DNA of 64,000 bases from a virus. The notes below the pieces were generated by a model. That model had not been told where the DNA came from and did no database searches. It saw only the letters and a list, made by a program, of their open reading frames with translations. The stretch lies in IMG/VR virus record IMGVR_UViG_3300025289_000026, positions 1-64,000 of that record; one strand, given 5' to 3'. Below, piece by piece: positions 8,090-16,056 of the stretch. The position numbers and the translations under genes were made by a program. The stretch's first letter is position 1; every line of letters begins with the position of its first letter.

Positions 8090-8255
8090 GTTGTAACGCT
8101 CGGGCCGCGGCCGCGAGGTCTTCGAGGTCTTGATTGGTCATCTGGATCGCGGTCTCCATGACATCATTATCCTCGATTTCGAACGTCTCGGCCGCCAGGC
8201 TCGCGAGGTATGGGTCACTCTCCAGGATGTCGAACCTCCGGAGCACCGGGCTCAT
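8049..8255 (-). CDS. Small acidic hypothetical protein
   Basis: Start MSPVLRR, ATGA overlap with upstream gene. Confidence 0.5.
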   Translation of the reverse strand: MSPVLRRFDILESDPYLASLAAETFEIEDNDVMETAIQMTNQDLEDLAAAARALQHGHHVASHQHRDR

Positions 8256-8587
8256 ACTGCCACCCCGATGTCCTGGAGCCGTTGGGCAGCCAGTCCTTTG
8301 GCCACCTTGAGATTCTCGAGGATCTCGCGTTTCTGGTTCGTGAGGGTGGTGCCCTTGAGGAACTGGGTCGTCGCGATGATCCGGATGGCCGCGAAGTATA
8401 CCCCCGTGACCACGATGTCCATCGGCACGACCTCGGGCCCCAGGTCGATACCCACGTCTTGACGGACCTTCTGGTACCCGACCTTCATCTCGACCCAGCA
8501 GAGCATGGGGAAGAGGACAATCCAGAGGACAAGCGACACGGTGATCCACGCGATCTTGGTGATGATGTTGTTGAACAGGTTGTACAT
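8252..8587 (-). CDS. Two-TM membrane protein
   Basis: Start MYNLFNN with AAAGGAAA RBS; two hydrophobic helices. Confidence 0.7.
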   Translation of the reverse strand: MYNLFNNIITKIAWITVSLVLWIVLFPMLCWVEMKVGYQKVRQDVGIDLGPEVVPMDIVVTGVYFAAIRIIATTQFLKGTTLTNQKREILENLKVAKGLAAQRLQDIGVAV

Positions 8588-8667
8588 TTGGTTTCCTTTT
8601 GTTGTTGATGATTCCATAGTGCCCGGGGGCAAGCGAGTGCCCACCCCCGGGACAAATGAGCGAGGGG

Positions 8668-8748
8668 TCAGTCGGCAAACAGGCTGTAGCCGAAGTACCC
8701 CAGGACCCCCGAGAGGATCCACAAGCCCAATGCTGTCGTTTTGTTCAT
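8668..8748 (-). CDS. 26-aa hydrophobic peptide MNKTTALGLWILSGVLGYFGYSLFAD
   Basis: AAGGAG RBS; first ORF after the 8798-8826 promoter; below the ORF-track length cutoff. Confidence 0.65.
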   Translation of the reverse strand: MNKTTALGLWILSGVLGYFGYSLFAD

Positions 8749-8797
8749 GATCTTTCTCCTTGTTGGTTTTGGCGAGAAATAATTTCCTCGTTAATTC

Positions 8798-8826
8798 CTT
8801 ATGACCCCTCTGGAGAGCCAATACAC
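8798..8826 (-). promoter_or_regulatory. Putative bipartite promoter GTGTAT-N17-CATAAG
   Basis: GTGTATtggctctccagaggggtCATAAG, about 50 nt upstream of the 8748 start. Confidence 0.75.
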
Positions 8827-8834
8827 AGGTACGG

Positions 8835-8840
8835 TATAAT
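8835..8840 (+). promoter_or_regulatory. -10 element TATAAT for a leaderless mRNA
   Basis: TATAAT 6 nt before ATG 8847; no SD. Confidence 0.6.
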
Positions 8841-8846
8841 GGCTCC

Positions 8847-9569
8847 ATGGGTACGTTCCCATGGATCAAGGTCGCGGCCCTCGGGGGCCTTGGGGCCATC
8901 CTCCCGTTGATCGTCGAGTTCGTGGGGCTCGACGGCGCCGCTGTCGCGGGGTTCCTCGCGGCCCCGGACGCCGCGGTTGTGCTTGGCCATGGCATCAGGG
9001 CCACGGGATACTTCTTCATCGGGGCTCTGTGGACAGGACTCCAGTACAAAGATCTGGTGAAGCCGAGCCATGCGGTTCAGCTCGGGATCGTGGCCCCCAT
9101 GACGGTCTCGGCCATGTTGGCCGGGCAGGCCAGTGGGCCCGAGGCCCAGGGGCACCAGGGGTATCGATTCACTGGGGTTGCGTACGCAGAAGATTCTTCA
9201 ACACCGCCCACCAGGTTCCCCAAGCTTGAGTTTGGTGACCGTATGTTTCATTCGTTTTCCCGCAAGACCCCGGAGGTCACCTGGTGGGTCATGAGCCCCG
9301 AGGTCACGGCCGACCAGGCCAACGGCTTGATGCTCAAGCTGGCGCCCCCGCCAGTCCAGGGGAAGAAGCGCAGTACCCCAAAGGATACCCCATTGATTCC
9401 CAACATTACCCCATTGGTCATCGGGCCTCACGAAGATCAAGTAGGCTACGTGGTGGTCCTGGGGCATTCAATGGGCAGGTCGGCGGCGGAGCAGTTGTTC
9501 GCCGCGGTTCGAAAGATCCCTGGGTTCGAAACTTTCCGGTTGGTCTCGTTCCCCAAGGTACAGCCGTAG
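8847..9569 (+). CDS. Multi-TM membrane protein with C-terminal SPOR-like domain
   Basis: About three N-terminal hydrophobic segments; YVVVLG...RSAAEQL...VRK.PGF pattern. Confidence 0.6.
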   Translation: MGTFPWIKVAALGGLGAILPLIVEFVGLDGAAVAGFLAAPDAAVVLGHGIRATGYFFIGALWTGLQYKDLVKPSHAVQLGIVAPMTVSAMLAGQASGPEAQGHQGYRFTGVAYAEDSSTPPTRFPKLEFGDRMFHSFSRKTPEVTWWVMSPEVTADQANGLMLKLAPPPVQGKKRSTPKDTPLIPNITPLVIGPHEDQVGYVVVLGHSMGRSAAEQLFAAVRKIPGFETFRLVSFPKVQP

Positions 9570-9608
9570 TTGTTGTCCAATTGGCCAATCTGCTAAGCTG
9601 TAGTTCAC

Positions 9609-9875
9609 ATGAGTCTGGCGAAACGAGCATCCGACTACGCCGCGGGGCAGCCCGAACAAGAGGATCGCGCCCGTGGGCTCAAGAACGTGGCCCTGGTGGG
9701 CGGGGGGGTGCTGGCCGGTACCAAGTTGACCAAGATGATGCTAAAACGAAAGGGCGGCCAGGGGGCTGCTAACCTGTTGCTTCGTGCTCGGAAGGGTCGA
9801 CCGGCCGTCGTGAAGGCCGAACGAGTATTTCGTCCGAGCTTGTTTCAATACACTGGAAAGGCGAAAATATCATGA
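9609..9875 (+). CDS. Basic K-x-A protein, putative internal head protein
   Basis: Starts MSLAKRAS; Gly-rich hydrophobic patch; upstream TGC-TAAGCT. Confidence 0.65.
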   Translation: MSLAKRASDYAAGQPEQEDRARGLKNVALVGGGVLAGTKLTKMMLKRKGGQGAANLLLRARKGRPAVVKAERVFRPSLFQYTGKAKIS

Positions 9876-10636
9876 GCCTAGCTATCAAGCTCTCCAAGGA
9901 GGCCCAGGGCACCACCGTGGTGTACGGGGGTCAGCAGGAGAAGAGGCCGAGCCTATTGGGCCGAGTGGCCAAGGGGGTGGCGCTCGGAGGCCTGGCCCTC
10001 GGGGGAGTGGCGGCACTTCGGAGCGGAGCCATCGGGGCAGGGCGTGCGTCCTACGGGATCCGGAGGGCCGCGGGCCAAGGGGTAGGGGAATCGTTGGGTG
10101 GCTCGGCCAGGCACGGGGCTGGCCTGATGGGCGAGGAGATCAAGTCCTGGGGCCAGAAGATCAAGAGTTCCGTCACCCCGGGGGAAGGCGCGGGTCCTGT
10201 GCCGGCTGCAATTCGGAACGCCCGGGCCGCCACCGAGACCCCTCGGATGCGGAGGGCGAGGCAAGTGTTTCAAGGGACCCAATCGCCTAACCCCGCGACC
10301 CTTGGGACCCAGGTGTCTGTTGCTGCCAAGGGTGCCCGTAGGGCCATGGCCGGTAAGGCCGACCCGACGTCTCTTCGGTATCGACTGTTTGGCAAGGGGG
10401 CAGACATGACCTCGGCCCTCGAGTTCATGCACCTGTATGCTCAAGAGAAGACCGCGGGCCGAGGGCCAGTGGTTGTGACGAAACCGGTGGTCCAGCCGCC
10501 TACCGAAGACAAACTTGAATCCGCGCTGGATTACGTGCGGGTCAATCAACTGGGCCAAGGGGCCGCCACCATGGTCAAGCAGGAACATGACCACTCGTTG
10601 GCCCGCCGGGCAATCCAGAACTCCATCTCTCGCTAA
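9872..10636 (+). CDS. Basic Gly/Ala/Arg-rich K-x-A protein, putative internal head protein
   Basis: MSLAIKLSKEAQ, EKTAG; GxxxG hydrophobic segment. Confidence 0.7.
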   Translation: MSLAIKLSKEAQGTTVVYGGQQEKRPSLLGRVAKGVALGGLALGGVAALRSGAIGAGRASYGIRRAAGQGVGESLGGSARHGAGLMGEEIKSWGQKIKSSVTPGEGAGPVPAAIRNARAATETPRMRRARQVFQGTQSPNPATLGTQVSVAAKGARRAMAGKADPTSLRYRLFGKGADMTSALEFMHLYAQEKTAGRGPVVVTKPVVQPPTEDKLESALDYVRVNQLGQGAATMVKQEHDHSLARRAIQNSISR

Positions 10637-10874
10637 GCGGGCAGGTGATCCTCGGCTCGCCTCGGCCGTCGGGTCCACCATGGCGGCGAACCCTGGGCTC
10701 AAGGGTCCATTGGCTCGCGTGAGGGCCGGGGCCTTGAGTGCAGCGGACTTCATGGCGCTGTATGGTGGCCAGATGCGAGGAGCGTTCCTGGGGGCCAAGG
10801 CTAAGCACGGGCCACGACATGGCTTTTCGAACAAAAGTGTGGCAGACTATGGCAAGAGCCTTACGGAACCTTAA
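10587..10874 (+). CDS. Basic K-x-A protein (or frameshifted tail of the upstream gene)
   Basis: Contains SLAKRAG; overlaps the upstream gene in the +1 frame. Confidence 0.5.
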   Translation: MTTRWPAGQSRTPSLAKRAGDPRLASAVGSTMAANPGLKGPLARVRAGALSAADFMALYGGQMRGAFLGAKAKHGPRHGFSNKSVADYGKSLTEP

Positions 10875-10927
10875 GTTTCAGTTTGCACTCCGATGAATCC
10901 AGACTACAATCTCAATGGGAGCACAAG

Positions 10928-11290
10928 ATGAAAGCATCACAAGTGAATCGTGGCGTGGCCTCCAGCCTGATCTTGGGACATCTCAAGGCCGCGGGGTTTG
11001 TCCAGAACCAGGGGAAGGACCAGGAGAAACGAGCCAGTGGCCTTGATCCCAAGGTGAAGCTTGGGCTCCGGAAGGAAGCGGAATCCAGGGTGTTGGAAAC
11101 CGTGGCGGTCCAGATGTACCAGGACCCCATCCTCGCGAGAATGCTAGAGTCGGGGTTCATCAAGCAGGCGGCCCTGTTGGCCGAGGGCCGGTTTTCAGAC
11201 TGCGAAACCCTTGACAAACTAGCGTCCCTCGGGCCCCAGGGGATCCAGAAGGTCGCGTCCCAAGGATTCGAGCGCCTCGGGGCCGTATGA
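10928..11290 (+). CDS. K-x-A-rich protein, putative head protein
   Basis: KAA, KRA, KEA, KQA, KLA, KVA in about 120 aa; GGGAG RBS. Confidence 0.7.
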   Translation: MKASQVNRGVASSLILGHLKAAGFVQNQGKDQEKRASGLDPKVKLGLRKEAESRVLETVAVQMYQDPILARMLESGFIKQAALLAEGRFSDCETLDKLASLGPQGIQKVASQGFERLGAV

Positions 11291-12024
11291 CCGAGGAATC
11301 CCGGGCCTCCCGGGAGCACGGGCTCTGGGAAGCCTGGCGAGCCAGTGGGAAGCATCCCTCGGCCCTCCGGCCCCTTGTCAACTCATTGGCCCCCCTGGTT
11401 CACAAGACTGTCAACACCTACGCGGCCGCCGATGTCGCGACCCCGGCGCTCCTGACCCAGGCGGAGAACCAGTTGATCCAGGGGCTCCACAGTTACGACC
11501 CTACCAAGGGGGCCACCCTCTCGACCCACTTGAACTGGCAGATGCGGGGTGTGGGTCGATTTGTCGAGAAGCACCAGAACCTCGCCAGGATCCCGGGGTC
11601 AAGGATTCGGCACATTGGCAAGGTCCAGTCGGCGACCAAGAGCCTGACGGAGTCGCTTGGACGTGCCCCCACGTTGTCCGAGTTGGCCCGAAAGTCCAAG
11701 GTACCAAAACATCAGGTCGAGAAGCTCCAGCGGGAGATCCGGCCGGTCCATATCCTTGGGATGGATCTGGGGAGCGAGGGCATGACCCTGTCGGACCTCG
11801 GGACCGGGGGCTTTAGCCCAGATCGTGAGCGTCTTGAGTTGCTTTACCCAGACCTTACCCCGATGGAACAGCAGGTCGTGGACTACTCGGTCGGGCGGGC
11901 GGGCAAGCCGGTGATTGAGTCGACTGGGCAATTGGCTGGCCGACTCAAGGTCTCGCCTGCTAGAATAAGTAACATCAGGGCCTCGATTACCAAGAAACTC
12001 ATGAATCTCCATTGGATACGCTGA
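11287..12024 (+). CDS. Sigma-70 family RNA polymerase sigma factor
   Basis: Region 2 (SYDPTKGATLSTHLNW), RIP, region 3 (LGRAPTLSELA), region 4 HTH (QLAGRLKVSPARISNIR). Confidence 0.9.
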   Translation: MTEESRASREHGLWEAWRASGKHPSALRPLVNSLAPLVHKTVNTYAAADVATPALLTQAENQLIQGLHSYDPTKGATLSTHLNWQMRGVGRFVEKHQNLARIPGSRIRHIGKVQSATKSLTESLGRAPTLSELARKSKVPKHQVEKLQREIRPVHILGMDLGSEGMTLSDLGTGGFSPDRERLELLYPDLTPMEQQVVDYSVGRAGKPVIESTGQLAGRLKVSPARISNIRASITKKLMNLHWIR

Positions 12025-12025
12025 C

Positions 12026-12232
12026 GTGCCGGTCGTAAGTAACACGGCTCTCGTGACCTTCCAGGCAGACTTCCGAGCCTTCGTCGCGGCCGAGAGGTTG
12101 CGGTTGGAGCAGGACAAGAGTTTCCTTCAGGAGATCAAGGTCGGGGAGGAAGAGACGTCGATCGCCGAGTTGTCCGACAGCTTAGCCGCGGCCTCGGGTA
12201 GTGAATTGGAACAATTGCTCGGAGGAACATAA
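12026..12232 (+). CDS. Hypothetical protein
   Basis: Tight operon packing. Confidence 0.6.
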   Translation: MPVVSNTALVTFQADFRAFVAAERLRLEQDKSFLQEIKVGEEETSIAELSDSLAAASGSELEQLLGGT

Positions 12233-12234
12233 AG

Positions 12235-12645
12235 ATGGCCGTGACGCCCACAGAAATCATCCTGCAGCCCAATAGCCCCGAGACCCTGATGGTTGGGTCT
12301 TCCATCAATGCGTTTGTTCAGCACCGGGTGATGGGCCGCAAGACCGCGGTCACGGGAGCGGACAACACCAGTGCCCCGATCGAGCGGGTGGGGGCCGAGG
12401 TCGTGACCATCTATGTCGCGGGAACCTCGGGGGATGCGTACGAGATCCAGGCAGCCTACAGACCCGTTTACCTGGCAAACGGTACCCTTGATGTTGCGTC
12501 CACCGGGTGGGTGGCCCTGGCCTCTGGATCGATCCCTGCGACGGGTGTCGCGTCCCAGAGCTTTCAGGACGTGATGCCGGCATTTCGGGTCAAGCGTACC
12601 GTGGGGGTTGGGGCCTTTACCGTTTACGCATGGTTCATATCATAA
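12235..12645 (+). CDS. Putative virion beta-sandwich protein
   Basis: GGAGG RBS; beta-rich. Confidence 0.7.
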   Translation: MAVTPTEIILQPNSPETLMVGSSINAFVQHRVMGRKTAVTGADNTSAPIERVGAEVVTIYVAGTSGDAYEIQAAYRPVYLANGTLDVASTGWVALASGSIPATGVASQSFQDVMPAFRVKRTVGVGAFTVYAWFIS

Positions 12646-13310
12646 TGCCTTTTCTTGCTAATGATTTTGAAATCTCGAGCGCCTTTGGCCCGAGTTACTA
12701 CGGGGTTCAGGATCTTCCTGAACTCGAGGCTTTGTCACCCCCGGGGGACAATAGCTTCGCTTTTGTCGAAAGCGAGGGTTCGTGGTATTTCTACGATGCC
12801 CTGAGCATCACGGCGCCCTCAAGCCCCACGGTCATTGTTCCGGATGCCATCACGCCCCCGGATCCTGGCCGTTGGATCCAGAGTTCCGCTGGTCCCCCGC
12901 CGCCCCATAGCCACGTGATGACCGATATCTCTGATCTCGACGCCTCGGGGGTTCCCTATGCCCCAGGGGTCGTGGGGGATTGGGCTTCAGTCCCCACGGT
13001 CGTGGCGGAGGCGTTGGACGAAGCCATCAAGCGGCGCTTGAATGTTGTCAACACCGCGGTGAATTATTTGGCGACATTCAGCGATGGGTTGATCCGGGTG
13101 GCGGCCGCCGGGGTGGTGATCAGTTTGCCCGCTAGCCCGGGGGCAGGAGATGTTGGACGCTCCATCGTGGTAAAGCGGGTCCACACGGGTGCCACGTCGT
13201 CGGTTTCTGGAAATGGCAACACGATCGATGGATCGGCCAGCAGGACCCTGGTGTCCAGGTATGATGCCGAAGTTTACACGTGGACCGGTAGCGAATGGGA
13301 TGTGAATTAA
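12645..13310 (+). CDS. Putative fibre/decoration protein
   Basis: TAATG overlap; PGRW module, H.H.M.DISDL fibre motif, C-terminal NGNTIDG domain. Confidence 0.7.
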   Translation: MPFLANDFEISSAFGPSYYGVQDLPELEALSPPGDNSFAFVESEGSWYFYDALSITAPSSPTVIVPDAITPPDPGRWIQSSAGPPPPHSHVMTDISDLDASGVPYAPGVVGDWASVPTVVAEALDEAIKRRLNVVNTAVNYLATFSDGLIRVAAAGVVISLPASPGAGDVGRSIVVKRVHTGATSSVSGNGNTIDGSASRTLVSRYDAEVYTWTGSEWDVN

Positions 13311-14075
13311 ATGTCACACAAGACACCCACGACGATCGCTGAAGAACTGCCGGCCAACAGTATTGGCACCACCGACATTCTTGACGGTGCCATCACGGAC
13401 GCCAAGTTCCGCAACAGCCAGGCGTTCTCCGTCATCGGGCGTGCCCTGGGTTCCGCCGGGGTGCCGGCGGACATCGTGGCCGCCGTGACGGATCGTGTCC
13501 TGGCCTACAGCGGTGGTGCCCTGGTGTTCCAGCAGGTCGCCACGGCGATGCTGCAGAACAACGCCGTGACGAATGCCAAGTTGGCCCAGATGGCGGCGAA
13601 CACCTTCAAGGTCAACAACACGGGGTCACCGGCTGATCCGGTGGACGCCACCGTGGCCCAGGTGTTGGCCATATTGGGGATCTCGGCTGGCAAGCGATTC
13701 ATTACTATCCCGATCTACGGGGCCTCGGGGTCTGGGAACGTCTTTGGATCGACAACGAGTACGTCGTACACCGTGATCGCGAGGTTTCTGTATCCTGGGT
13801 CTACGACTTTTGGTACGCCCTCGGGCATTAAGGCCGATTTGTTTTCGAATAACCCAGGGGTGAGGGGTAACATCAAGGTGCGGGACGTCACCAACGCCCT
13901 GGATATCGCGGTAGTGTTTGGAAGCTCAGATCTGCCCACGACCCCTGGGATCATAACCCTCGGGGCGATATCCAATGTCCCGGTGTCCGCGGCACTTTTC
14001 GAGGTGCAGGTACGCCGCACCGTTGGGGTGGGGGCTGACGAAATCAGATGTTCAACCGTAGCGATGGAGTTCTGA
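13311..14075 (+). CDS. Putative fibre protein
   Basis: AITDAK / [14 protein letters not shown] fibre-shaft repeats plus C-terminal beta domain. Confidence 0.7.
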   Translation: MSHKTPTTIAEELPANSIGTTDILDGAITDAKFRNSQAFSVIGRALGSAGVPADIVAAVTDRVLAYSGGALVFQQVATAMLQNNAVTNAKLAQMAANTFKVNNTGSPADPVDATVAQVLAILGISAGKRFITIPIYGASGSGNVFGSTTSTSYTVIARFLYPGSTTFGTPSGIKADLFSNNPGVRGNIKVRDVTNALDIAVVFGSSDLPTTPGIITLGAISNVPVSAALFEVQVRRTVGVGADEIRCSTVAMEF

Positions 14076-14076
14076 C

Positions 14077-14718
14077 ATGACGTTGAAAAAGTACCGTAGA
14101 CGTTGTAGCACCGAGGCCGGGTATGTGTACTCCGATTTTCGTACCGACGCCCAGGGCGCTCCGTCGGTGTGTCCCAACGACTCCGCCCACACGCTGGATC
14201 CTGAGGACGAGTGGGTAGTGGTCGAGAGCTACACCCAAGAGGTTCCCATCGGCGCCGAGAGCGGTCAAGTGTTGGTCAACACGGGCCAGCACAGCCATGG
14301 ATACGCAGTCCATATGAAGGGCCATCGAATCGTGATCCCCTCGGGGTCGGCGGTAGCGGTAAAAGACTACTTCAAGTTCAGCAAAGGAGACCCTCTTGTC
14401 GACTACCCCGTGGAGATATTTTCTGGTGCCATTAGGGTATCGGGTGCCCAAGACGGTGATATTATCGACGTCGACATGGTGGTGAAGGACGGCGGCGGCC
14501 CGGGAGTCGATATCGTGGCCGCGAGTTTCTTGAGTTCGTTTTACCCCAACGGAACTGCCGTCGGGGTCTACGAACTCCATGATTTCGTTCCGCCCGACAA
14601 GGCCAAGCTGCTGCCCGCGGGAATATACTTGCGGACGATCTACACGCCGGTGGCGGCACTGCCCAACGATGTCGTGGTCAAGGCGTTGGTCACGGCGTTC
14701 AAAGACCCGTTGGTGTAG
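14077..14718 (+). CDS. Hypothetical protein with N-terminal C-x-TE...CPN...H motif
   Basis: YRRRCSTE...PSVCPNDSAHTLD. Confidence 0.75.
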   Translation: MTLKKYRRRCSTEAGYVYSDFRTDAQGAPSVCPNDSAHTLDPEDEWVVVESYTQEVPIGAESGQVLVNTGQHSHGYAVHMKGHRIVIPSGSAVAVKDYFKFSKGDPLVDYPVEIFSGAIRVSGAQDGDIIDVDMVVKDGGGPGVDIVAASFLSSFYPNGTAVGVYELHDFVPPDKAKLLPAGIYLRTIYTPVAALPNDVVVKALVTAFKDPLV

Positions 14719-14796
14719 GGTGGCCGGGGGGGCGTTGTCTGGCTTTGGGTACCTGTGGGGTATTGCCGTCAGAAATATCGGGTATAGGGTTTGCAC

Positions 14797-15012
14797 ATGG
14801 GTATAGAGGAAGACATCGAGAATGTGAAAGAGTCGGATACAGAGTTCAAGCTGTACACGAATGGAACCCAGGAACACACCGTGATGCTGTGGCACAAAAG
14901 GATTGTCGGGCACCTTAAACATATGTTTTTCCGTAAAGGAGCGGGTACAAAAACAGTGGACTTCGTCGTGGAGATCGAGGTAGACGACGACGAGCTAGGA
15001 AACGGGAAATAG
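14797..15012 (+). CDS. Hypothetical protein
   Basis: Short ORF in a plus-strand run. Confidence 0.55.
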   Translation: MGIEEDIENVKESDTEFKLYTNGTQEHTVMLWHKRIVGHLKHMFFRKGAGTKTVDFVVEIEVDDDELGNGK

Positions 15013-15028
15013 TCTCAAAGGAAATCTT

Positions 15029-15424
15029 GTGGAACTTTTTTCAAACCCCACCGGTGCCCTCCGGCAGGTATCGAAGATCGTGCTGATCGCCACGGGGGTC
15101 TTCTGGGGGCTATATGACGTCATCCCGATGCTCAACCAGGGGCGGGGTGATACGTTGTCGGAAAACCTTCGTGACTGGAGCCGCAGGGCCTGGGTGTTGC
15201 CGTGGTTCTGGGGGGCGCTGAGTGCTCATCTGTTTCTCAACACCGGGCAACCCCAAGACTACCGGCAACGGTTCCTCATCGCCGCCGGGGTGTTGGCGGC
15301 GTTGATCGTGGCGAATGTCGTGACTTGGTACGGCCTGCGTTGGGAAGCCGGGGTCGGCTGGAGGACAGGGTTGTTTTTCCTCGGGATCGCCGCAGGGTTG
15401 CTCCTGTGGAGTCAGAACCAGTAG
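15029..15424 (+). CDS. Four-TM membrane protein
   Basis: Four hydrophobic segments. Confidence 0.7.
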   Translation: MELFSNPTGALRQVSKIVLIATGVFWGLYDVIPMLNQGRGDTLSENLRDWSRRAWVLPWFWGALSAHLFLNTGQPQDYRQRFLIAAGVLAALIVANVVTWYGLRWEAGVGWRTGLFFLGIAAGLLLWSQNQ

Positions 15425-15466
15425 ACTAAAGAGGAACCACCAAGGCAATGCACCAAGGGATACCAG

Positions 15467-15700
15467 ATGGACAAATTGATCGAAGTCCTGATCGCCAACG
15501 GCCCCATGGGGTTGGTCGCCGGGGTCATGTTCTACCTCCTGATGGTGGAGAAGAAGGAGCACAGGGAAACCCGCGTGACTTTGGCAGACATTTATAGCAA
15601 ATACGAAGTCGTGGCCGACAGGTCTATCGAGGCGATGTCCAGGGTCACGACCCTGATTGGCGAGCGTCTTCCCAACCGTAACCAAACCCAAGGGGGCTGA
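15467..15700 (+). CDS. Putative single-TM holin (BhlA/UviB-like)
   Basis: NGPMGLVAGVMFYLL followed by a charged helical tail; AAGGGA RBS. Confidence 0.55.
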   Translation: MDKLIEVLIANGPMGLVAGVMFYLLMVEKKEHRETRVTLADIYSKYEVVADRSIEAMSRVTTLIGERLPNRNQTQGG

Positions 15701-15701
15701 C

Positions 15702-15974
15702 ATGTCGGCGCATCCACAGGTCTATGCAACCAAGGGTCTGGATATGCAGGAGTTCGTCCGGCGGGCCGCCGATACCCACGCGAGGCTCCTGGAGACAGCG
15801 GACCACCTGGCCGCCGTGATCGATGACGCCAAAGCCATGATGCCGGCCTCGGGCGTCCTGGGGGTCGTGCTGCAGTGCCGGGGATGTGGTGAGCAGTACC
15901 TCGAGCGCCGTCGCCCCGATGCCACCGAATACGGGTGTTGTTCATCCCGGTGTTACCGCGGTGCGGATTCCTGA
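15702..15974 (+). CDS. Hypothetical protein with C-terminal zinc finger
   Basis: CRGCG...CCSSRC. Confidence 0.65.
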   Translation: MSAHPQVYATKGLDMQEFVRRAADTHARLLETADHLAAVIDDAKAMMPASGVLGVVLQCRGCGEQYLERRRPDATEYGCCSSRCYRGADS

Positions 15975-16056
15975 CCTCTGGATCGACGGGATCGCCGAGG
16001 CCATCAAGGCGTTCAAGCGGTTGCTTCGTTTGATCCGTAGGATCTTGGGTCGTTAG
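15961..16056 (+). CDS. Cationic amphipathic peptide
   Basis: GTG start (or ATG 15919): RIPDLWIDGIAEAIKAFKRLLRLIRRILGR; fills the gap to a convergent gene. Confidence 0.45.
   Translation: MRIPDLWIDGIAEAIKAFKRLLRLIRRILGR

Noticed and set aside
15041-15059. Similarity to 22-39 (TCAAACCC(C)ACCGGTGCCC)
   Set aside because: Short, gapped, both within coding sequence for PTGA; probably chance
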